32,000 nt of DNA. Origin: Bellilinea caldifistulae. GTDB taxonomy: Bacteria > Chloroflexota > Anaerolineae > Anaerolineales > Anaerolineaceae. The stretch covers positions 1 to 32,000 of the forward strand of contig NZ_LGHJ01000001.1 of the NCBI RefSeq assembly GCF_001306055.1. The letters are read 5' to 3'. Positions within the stretch are counted from its first letter, which is position 1. Every line of letters starts with the position of its first letter. The position numbers and the translations under genes are program-made. Under the pieces are notes generated by a model. It searched no databases and was not told the origin of the DNA. It was given only the letters and a program-made list of their open reading frames with translations. Positions 25,675 through 31,901 of the stretch are shown one piece after another.

Positions 25675-26529
25675 ATGTTCAGAAAACCCTATATTGTTTT
25701 GATTGCGCTGCTGGTGCTGGCAGCGGGTTTCATCTTGTTGATGGCACAAAAACCGGGTGAGGCAAAAAGTGAAGCGGCAGCGCAGACGGCTTTACCAACG
25801 GCTGTGGGAGAAGTGATCCAAGCCGCGCAAAGCGTTACACCGGTCATGGCCGCAGAAGTCGAAATGAGCGCGGCACAGGTGCGCGAGGCTTTGGTCGAAC
25901 GGGCAAAGCAACATCTCTTCAAACCCGGCTGGGTACTGGTGCGCGAAACTTTCACCGATTTCACCAAGGCCGAAGACTACGTTGTGGTTCCGATGAACGG
26001 ACAAATCATCCCCAAGAACTGGGTGCGCGAAACATGGTTGTTGGTGGATGAAGGTTTACAGGTTAAGGCAATGTTTTCCGAGAAAAAAATGCTGGATGAC
26101 ACAATCGTATCTTTGACGCGTGCCAGTGATGGATCTTTTGGAAAGGCGTTTAATGCCGAAATTCTTCCAAATGTTCAGATTGACTACTGGACGAAAACCG
26201 AAACCTTGGACCGACTTATTGAGCAGGGTGAGACTCAAAGGGTTGTTTTTCAATTTCTTTCGCTGGATGGAAAGCGGGTTTTGTATGCAGTTTATTCAGA
26301 CGTTTTTCCCTCCCCTATTCGTATGGAGGGGCTGAAACAACCCCTTATTTCGTTTAGCACTGAGGATCATTATGATTGGGAAATCGGTCAGTTTCTGTTC
26401 AGTGAGGGGTGGGCAACGCTGACAGATGGCAACCGCCAACTTGTTGGTCGGCTAGAAATGAGCATTGATTGCAATTCCACCCCACCGGATGCGGTTTTGG
26501 AGGGGTTTTCAATCACGCCGGAGGAATAA
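25675..26529 (+). CDS. Module A gene 1: membrane-anchored (signal-anchor) extracytoplasmic protein, unknown family
   Basis: ATG follows GAGAGGA. MFRKPYIVLIALLVLAAGFILLMAQ is a single N-terminal hydrophobic helix. Paralogous to 27109-27963. The track ORF start at 25381 overlaps luxR and is rejected. Confidence 0.8.
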   Translation: MFRKPYIVLIALLVLAAGFILLMAQKPGEAKSEAAAQTALPTAVGEVIQAAQSVTPVMAAEVEMSAAQVREALVERAKQHLFKPGWVLVRETFTDFTKAEDYVVVPMNGQIIPKNWVRETWLLVDEGLQVKAMFSEKKMLDDTIVSLTRASDGSFGKAFNAEILPNVQIDYWTKTETLDRLIEQGETQRVVFQFLSLDGKRVLYAVYSDVFPSPIRMEGLKQPLISFSTEDHYDWEIGQFLFSEGWATLTDGNRQLVGRLEMSIDCNSTPPDAVLEGFSITPEE

Positions 26530-26981
26530 TGAAATCAAAATCAATCTCATTTAGGGTTTTCACGATTGTCTTTCTATTTCTGGTAATCCTGTCAGGTGAG
26601 GTTATTGCAGCCGGCGGCAGCAAAACCGTTTCCGGCTCGATATCGGGTATCACCTATTTTGCAGAAAAAAGTGTGTACACCTATACTACCTCATGGACTG
26701 CGTCTGCCAAAAGTAGCGCAATTTCAAACATCTCTATCATTGGCTATACCTGGTGGACGGTTTATCGAATCTGTACCGATGATGTCTATGCTTATTACTC
26801 TCGTTCTGAGAATCAAAGTAACCGCAACAGTAACTACTTTGAAGACATAAAATGGATTGACCACTATCAATATTCCTGCAATCCCGGATATTTTGTTAAG
26901 AAGTCAGCCAGTCTCGGTAATCACCAGTTTACGTTGAATTCTACCCATCAGTACCCTTATGTGGAATATGTCTATCCTTAG
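26529..26981 (+). CDS. Module A gene 2: small secreted Tyr/Ser/Thr/Asn-rich protein, unknown family
   Basis: TAATG stop/start overlap with gene 1, and GGAGGA upstream. Signal peptide MKSKSISFRVFTIVFLFLVILSGEVIAA. The mature part is paralogous to 27960-28415. Confidence 0.78.
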   Translation: MKSKSISFRVFTIVFLFLVILSGEVIAAGGSKTVSGSISGITYFAEKSVYTYTTSWTASAKSSAISNISIIGYTWWTVYRICTDDVYAYYSRSENQSNRNSNYFEDIKWIDHYQYSCNPGYFVKKSASLGNHQFTLNSTHQYPYVEYVYP

Positions 26982-27014
26982 AAGAGAATAGGACCCTTTT
27001 TCGCTATGTTCAAA

Positions 27015-27034
27015 GTCATGGTGGGGGGCGTGAC
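27015..27034. promoter_or_regulatory. Palindrome copy 2 (GTCATG-N8-CGTGAC)
   Basis: Same position relative to TATGAT and the module-B start as copy 1. One arm has a single mismatch. Confidence 0.4.
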
Positions 27035-27108
27035 CGGCGGTACTTCCCCTTTGTTCTTCAATTTGCTATGATGGCTTTGGTGAAAAACGCTGAAGCAGAG
27101 AGGACGAT

Positions 27109-27963
27109 ATGTACAGAAAACCCTATATTGTTTTGATTGCGCTGCTGGTGCTGGCAGCGGGTTTCATCTTGTTGATGGCACAAAAACCGGGTGAGGCAAA
27201 AAGTGAAGCGGCAGCGCAGACGGCTTTACCAACGGCTGTGGGAGAAGTGATCCAAGCCGCGCAAAGCGTTACACCGGTCATGGCCGCAGAAGTCGAAATG
27301 AGCGCGGCACAGGTGCGCGAGGCTTTGGTCGAACGGGCAAAGCAACATCTCTTCAAACCCGGCTGGGTGATGGTGCGCGAGACGCTGACGAACTTCACCA
27401 ACCGCGAGGAATATGTTGTGGTTCCAATGAACGGACAAATCATCCCCAAGAACTGGGTGCGCGAAACATGGTTGTTGGTGAATGAGGACTTAAAAGTAGT
27501 GGCGGGTTATTCTGTTGTAAAAAGTTTTAAAGGAGAACCTCTACTTGAGACAATCGTCAGTGATGGTTCTTTTGGAAAGATGATCCAACCAGAAAATTTA
27601 CCCGGCTGGCAAGAGGAACACTGGCTATATCTTGACCTGTTCGAAAGAATGATCGAGTACGATGGCGGTAAAAGCGCAACTTTCTCCCTTATCGAACAGG
27701 GTGCCAAGCGTTTGCTGCGGGTCTTTTCCCAAGATTTCTATCCCTCTGCCGGTTATACCGAAGGGGTGGAAGGAGCCATTGTTTCATCCTTTTCAACCTC
27801 CTATTATGACTGGGAAACTGGTCAATTTTTGCTCAGCGAGGACTGGGCAGTTTTGACCGATGGCAGTCATAAACAAATCAATCGCCTCGAGGTGGAAGTT
27901 GAATATTCACCTGCCCCGCCTGCCGAGGTAGTTGCCCGATTCACCGGCGAGATAAAGCAATGA
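27109..27963 (+). CDS. Module B gene 1: membrane-anchored extracytoplasmic protein, paralog of 25675-26529
   Basis: The first 87 residues are identical to module A except F2Y. The C-terminal ~150 aa share only landmarks (SDGSFGK, YDWE.GQFL.SE.WA.LTDG). Confidence 0.8.
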   Translation: MYRKPYIVLIALLVLAAGFILLMAQKPGEAKSEAAAQTALPTAVGEVIQAAQSVTPVMAAEVEMSAAQVREALVERAKQHLFKPGWVMVRETLTNFTNREEYVVVPMNGQIIPKNWVRETWLLVNEDLKVVAGYSVVKSFKGEPLLETIVSDGSFGKMIQPENLPGWQEEHWLYLDLFERMIEYDGGKSATFSLIEQGAKRLLRVFSQDFYPSAGYTEGVEGAIVSSFSTSYYDWETGQFLLSEDWAVLTDGSHKQINRLEVEVEYSPAPPAEVVARFTGEIKQ

Positions 27964-28415
27964 TCACAAACAGGCATCAAAAGCGGCTTATTCTATGGCT
28001 GGCTTTTATTTTGCTGGTCACCCAATTTGGTGAGAGTTCGGCTGGTGGCGGCAGCAAAACCGTTTCCGGCTCCATTTCGGGTATCACCTATTTTGCAGAA
28101 AAAAGTGTGTACACCTACACCAATACATGGACTGCGTCTGTCAAAAGTAGCACCGTCACAAATATCTCAATTATTGGCTACACCTGGTGGACGGTTTATC
28201 AGATTTGCACAAACGATGTTTATTCTTACTATATTCGGTCAGAGAATAAAAATAACCGAAATAGCAGTTATTACGAGGACTCAAAATATGTTTATTACAA
28301 AGATTACCCATGTCCAGGTGGTTCGTATATCAAAAAAACAGCCAGTCTCGGTAATCACCAGTTTACGTTGAATTCTACCCATCAGTACCCTTATGTGGAA
28401 TATGTCTATCCTTAG
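27960..28415 (+). CDS. Module B gene 2: small secreted Tyr/Ser/Thr/Asn-rich protein, paralog of 26529-26981
   Basis: ATGA overlap with gene 1. The signal peptide is unrelated to that of module A, while the mature ends are identical (GGSKTVSGSISGITYFAEKSVYTYT ... ASLGNHQFTLNSTHQYPYVEYVYP). Confidence 0.78.
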   Translation: MITNRHQKRLILWLAFILLVTQFGESSAGGGSKTVSGSISGITYFAEKSVYTYTNTWTASVKSSTVTNISIIGYTWWTVYQICTNDVYSYYIRSENKNNRNSSYYEDSKYVYYKDYPCPGGSYIKKTASLGNHQFTLNSTHQYPYVEYVYP

Positions 28416-28448
28416 AAGAGAATAGGACCCTTTTTCGCTATGTTCAAA

Positions 28449-28468
28449 GTCATGGTGGGGAGCATGAC
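28449..28468. promoter_or_regulatory. Palindrome copy 3 (GTCATG-N8-CATGAC), orphan
   Basis: GTCATGGTGGGGAGCATGAC. Similarity to the module leader ends ~15 nt later, and the solo LuxR gene lies ~170 nt downstream. Confidence 0.4.
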
Positions 28469-28640
28469 CGGCGGCACTTCCTATAGCCGACCTTTTTTGC
28501 TATAAAAAAATTAGTCTTTTTTATATCTCACCGTGGGTGGAAAATCGCCCCCTTGAGCAAGAGGATTTTTCCTTCATTTTTTGAATTTTTATTCACCCCC
28601 CGTTTGCGCTAAAAGACAAAATTGGAACTAAAGTTGGCGA

Positions 28641-28853
28641 ATGGATATAAAACTGAGATTGACCCAACGGGAGAAGCAAATACTGGAATTGTTGTGCGAG
28701 GGAAAGACCAATTCTCAAATTGCGAGAAACTTGCAAATTTCCCCAAAAACGGTCGAATCTAATCTGACCAGAGTATATCGAAAATTGGGCGTGAACAATC
28801 GCACTGCAGCCGTTGCAGCATATTTTGTTGAATTAAATCGAGAGAAAAATTAA
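28641..28853 (+). CDS. Stand-alone LuxR/GerE HTH protein (70 aa, no sensor domain)
   Basis: LTQREKQILELLCEGKTNSQIARNLQISPKTVESNLTRVYRKLGVNNRTAAV is a complete GerE-type HTH. The gene is AT-rich. Confidence 0.8.
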   Translation: MDIKLRLTQREKQILELLCEGKTNSQIARNLQISPKTVESNLTRVYRKLGVNNRTAAVAAYFVELNREKN

Positions 28854-28940
28854 GGGAAATCCTTATATTGAAGTTTGTCTTGAGAGAGGGTATATTTAAA
28901 TCGGCCGAATGGGTGCAAGAGAGAAAAGGGGAGGGAAGTA

Positions 28941-29117
28941 ATGAATAAGAGAAACCTTTTTAATCTTGGAATGATTGGTTTGGTCTTTATGGTGGGCTTT
29001 TCCGTGGTGGGGGGAGCGCCGTTACCCGATGGGGGAATTCGTGATGAAACCTGCCGGGAAGGGTTATCTGAATTTGTGACCGAAGCGAAGGATTGCTCAA
29101 ATCGGCATTACGATTGA
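28941..29117 (+). CDS. 58-codon ORF encoding a signal peptide plus a short tail, probably the detached 5' end of the CHAP gene
   Basis: GGGGAGGG lies upstream. MNKRNLFNLGMIGLVFMVGFSVVGGAPLPDGG...; TGA at 29115-29117. The +1 frame is already open from 29080 and runs into the CHAP ORF. Confidence 0.45.
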   Translation: MNKRNLFNLGMIGLVFMVGFSVVGGAPLPDGGIRDETCREGLSEFVTEAKDCSNRHYD

Positions 29118-29184
29118 TCAGCCGCAGCCGTTTGTTGACCCGCAGGCGATTATCCGGCGTTATACGGCTTGGTGTTCGCAAGGA

Positions 29185-29889
29185 TTGCTGGATTTGGATA
29201 TCTGGCAAACGATGGGAATGACAATGGATGAGTGGATGAAATGGTATGAAGATACCCGTCAGCCGTTGGGAACGGTTGCGTCTCGCATCACTATCGGTGA
29301 AATTGAAGCGGTTCGTTATGAAGAATCCACTCTTTGGACGACCCTGTGGAGCGGAGAAAAATATATCTATCGCTTGTGGTACACCCATAGGGGAGATCAA
29401 TCGGGTGAGGAATTTTATAAAAGGGTCTTGAACTCCGTTGGTTTTTTGAATGAGGAGCCGATCAAGGGGGAAGATGCATCCCAATCGTTTCAAGGTTTAT
29501 CGCTGGAAGGCTTTGCCACAGTCAATCCTCTTGTCACAACCTGTTGTGGATATACATCGCCGGGTAATCCCTTTGAGTGCTGTAACAACAAGGGAAATTG
29601 TGTCTGGTGGGTGTATTACAAATATGGTTATGTGCCGTTCCGAGGAGATGCAGGTAAGTGGTATGGACAAGTGCCCGATTACCCGGATTGGCGCAGGGGA
29701 AGATATCCGAATAGAGGGATGAATATCGCGTGGTGGTCAGGATCTCCTGGTCACGTTGCCTTTATAGCGAACTATCCTGGAGGAGGGACAGTAACCATAA
29801 CCGAGATGTTGATTTGTACATCCTGCGGAAGGACGCGTAATTTGAGTGTAACCGCTCCCGAAGGATACATGTGGACAATTTACAACTGA
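29185..29889 (+). CDS. CHAP-domain cysteine peptidase/amidase (peptidoglycan hydrolase-like), lacking its own signal peptide and an obvious start
   Basis: The C-terminus NKGNCVWWVYYKYGYVPFRGDAGKWYGQ...GMNIAWWSGSPGHVAFIANYPGGGTVTITEM fits the CHAP pattern (Cys...His...polar). The frame is open from 29080, and the only starts are TTG at 29185 and ATG at 29209. Confidence 0.7.
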   Translation: MLDLDIWQTMGMTMDEWMKWYEDTRQPLGTVASRITIGEIEAVRYEESTLWTTLWSGEKYIYRLWYTHRGDQSGEEFYKRVLNSVGFLNEEPIKGEDASQSFQGLSLEGFATVNPLVTTCCGYTSPGNPFECCNNKGNCVWWVYYKYGYVPFRGDAGKWYGQVPDYPDWRRGRYPNRGMNIAWWSGSPGHVAFIANYPGGGTVTITEMLICTSCGRTRNLSVTAPEGYMWTIYN

Positions 29890-29932
29890 GCAATTCGGTT
29901 TTAATGATTTTCTCTTTTGGAGGTCAGGGCAG

Positions 29933-30676
29933 ATGATAAAAAGCATTGTTCGTCAGCTTCTTCTGATTGCAGGGTTGGTTTTTATAAGCAATTGCAGGGG
30001 AGAAATTGACAACTTCCCTTCTACTCCAATTGAGACTCGAAATTTGCCAACAATTACCCCCTCATCAGAGATAAAATCGACACCTCCCCAAATGGTTGAT
30101 GAAATTGAAACGGTCATTCCACTCAAACCCACCCGAATTCCAACCCCTACGGAAGAGGATGAAATATTTTTCCAAGAATATTGTGGCAAGGAATTTGTCT
30201 CTGCTGTGAAGCTCCTTCCTGAAAGGGAAATAAATTGGTTTCGATATAACCACTACCTTTACCCTTTCTCAATAGCATTCCCCTCGGATTGGAATCTCAT
30301 AGAATGTGATAATTCTATATACCTGTTTCCGGATAGTGAGCCTTCGATTCGTCTGGCAGTCCGTTTCAAATACTCGAATGAAAAGAAACATATCTTAAGA
30401 ACCGGCGTGCCGGCGGGTGACGCGGTTCATGTTGGCACGGTGCAGTTCGTCGGTCAAACCATTCGCAAGACAATCATCCGCTACGAGGGCAAGGATAAAG
30501 TTGTCCTCTACGGCTACAAAGAGGATTTGCCCTATCAAATCCCGGTCGGTAATCTGATCTTTACCATCAGTCTGGATGATGTTGGTTCTCGTTATTATGA
30601 GGATGTCGAGCTTTCGCCCGAAATTCAACAGCTGGCCGATGCCATTGTCGAAAGCATTCGGCTGACTTCGCCATAG
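29933..30676 (+). CDS. Secreted protein or putative lipoprotein, unknown family
   Basis: GGAGG lies upstream. MIKSIVRQLLLIAGLVFISNC is a signal peptide with an imperfect lipobox, followed by a Pro/Thr-rich linker. Composition switches from AT-rich to GC-rich near 30400, inside the ORF. Confidence 0.7.
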   Translation: MIKSIVRQLLLIAGLVFISNCRGEIDNFPSTPIETRNLPTITPSSEIKSTPPQMVDEIETVIPLKPTRIPTPTEEDEIFFQEYCGKEFVSAVKLLPEREINWFRYNHYLYPFSIAFPSDWNLIECDNSIYLFPDSEPSIRLAVRFKYSNEKKHILRTGVPAGDAVHVGTVQFVGQTIRKTIIRYEGKDKVVLYGYKEDLPYQIPVGNLIFTISLDDVGSRYYEDVELSPEIQQLADAIVESIRLTSP

Positions 30677-30787
30677 GCATGAGCGATTCGATAAACTTCG
30701 TGCGCCGAATTGGCCATGAAGTGCTTTGGCTGTTTTGCCGCCCTCGTGTGTGGAAAAACATGTCGAACGTCGCTGGCACGCCCCGTT

Positions 30788-30964
30788 TTACTGTTTCATG
30801 ACCAGTCCCGTTGCACTGGCAAATATCAACGCTCCCATCGCTACTGGCGGGGCGAGCATGCCAGGGCTGCAGTGTGTGCCTCCACGAAAAAGGTGAACAA
30901 TCCTGTTTTTCAGAAGTGGGACGGAAACGGCGATGCAGACCAGAGGGGGAAAGTTGCTCGCCAT
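30788..30964 (-). pseudogene. Truncated relic of a luxR paralog (N-terminal ~20 codons conserved, then divergent, no HTH)
   Basis: MASNFPPLVCIAVSVPLLKN... compares with MANNFPPLVCIAVSVPLLKK... in the intact gene. It stops after 58 codons. Confidence 0.7.
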
Positions 30965-31042
30965 TCGATCCTTTAGAAAATGGTTCGTGGGAAAAAAGAA
31001 CGCCGGTAAGTTTATGGTAAGGGAATCAATCCAATCTGTCAA
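30904..31042. repeat. Direct repeat copy 2 (luxR 5' end plus upstream leader)
   Basis: Aligns with 25431-25568. The flanks diverge on both sides. Confidence 0.9.
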
Positions 31043-31212
31043 AGCACCCTTGAACCTGCTTTGAAATGCGCTATTTCGCAAAACGGCGAAGATCAGCCGA
31101 GGCGACGGACTTCCCCGCTGTCGAAAAGAGAAACAAATCCCCTCGCCAAACCTTGACGTGGTTTACCGTCAACTCCCAAAGGGCAATTTCTTGACAAAAA
31201 TTCCAAATTGTT

Positions 31213-31243
31213 ATAAACTAGTTTGTAATACAAACCAGTTTAT
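31213..31243. promoter_or_regulatory. Inverted repeat, candidate operator of the downstream membrane-protein/wHTH operon
   Basis: ATAAACTAGTTTG-TAATA-CAAACCAGTTTAT (13-nt arms, 1 mismatch), between a TTGACA (31191-31196) and the AGGAG of the next gene. Confidence 0.5.
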
Positions 31244-31259
31244 AAAATCAGGAGACCGC

Positions 31260-31901
31260 ATGAAATCCCCGCTTGAAACCGCTCAAAAGCGCACCCGCCG
31301 TTATTGGTACGAGGACGGGCTCTCTGAAATGGCGGCCGGCGCTGTCATTCTCTTGATGGCGCTGATCAATCTGGCGATTGCCCTGCTCGCACCAGCGGGC
31401 TGGAAAGGCTGGCTTTCGGCGGTGGGCCTGCCAGTGATGGTGATCGGCGGAGGCGTTCTTGCCCGCCTGCTGGTAGCAAGGCTGAAAGAACGGCTGACTT
31501 ACCCGCGCACCGGTTACATCCGATACCCACGCCCCAAGCCGACCCGCCGTTTTCTGAGCGCCGGCATCGCCATCGGCGTGGCCTTGATCGTGACGATCAT
31601 GAGTGCCTGGTTCTCCGCCGCCCAAACCGAGCGACTCATCCCCGCCCTGACCGGTTTGCTGACGGCCATTTTGATCCTCTCGATTGGGGCGAGCATTGGA
31701 CTGGTGCGTTTCTACCTTTTAGCCGTTTGGCAGTTTGGTTTTGGCTTACTCGGCAGCCGCTTGAATTTACCCGCCCCTTACGATCTGGTCTTGTTCTTCG
31801 GCGCGCTGGGTATCGGCCTGTTCATCAGCGGGGGAATCACCCTGCTTGGCTACCTGCGCAACAACCCGCTGCCGCCAGCCAACGATGAGGAACAGTCATG
31901 A
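31260..31901 (+). CDS. Integral membrane protein (about 5-6 TM), unknown family
   Basis: The ATG lies 5 nt after AGGAG. Hydrophobic segments throughout. ATGA overlap with the following regulator gene. Confidence 0.75.
   Translation: MKSPLETAQKRTRRYWYEDGLSEMAAGAVILLMALINLAIALLAPAGWKGWLSAVGLPVMVIGGGVLARLLVARLKERLTYPRTGYIRYPRPKPTRRFLSAGIAIGVALIVTIMSAWFSAAQTERLIPALTGLLTAILILSIGASIGLVRFYLLAVWQFGFGLLGSRLNLPAPYDLVLFFGALGIGLFISGGITLLGYLRNNPLPPANDEEQS

Larger units (their letters stand above)
25575..28482 (+). repeat. Tandem duplication: two ~1.43-kb units (25575-27009, 27010-28443) plus a third partial leader copy (28444-28482)
   Basis: Each unit begins TCAAAGTCATG...CATGACCGGCGG(T/C)ACTTCC. Units share identical blocks (about 25575-25934 vs 27010-27368; 26906-27024 vs 28340-28458) separated by strongly diverged blocks. 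Confidence 0.9.

Noticed and set aside
25675-28415. Considered calling the duplicated pairs a toxin-antitoxin or classical polymorphic-toxin/immunity system.
   Set aside because: I could identify no toxin domain, secretion-system marker (Rhs/YD, LXG, PT-HINT, T6SS/T7SS genes) or cytoplasmic immunity protein. Both partners carry export signals, so the label would be unsupported.
30567-30976. Track ORFs 30567-30779 (minus) and 30710-30976 (plus) in the gap between the lipoprotein gene and the luxR relic.
   Set aside because: They have no SD and no motifs, they overlap the better-supported lipoprotein gene or the repeat, and they most likely reflect decayed sequence.
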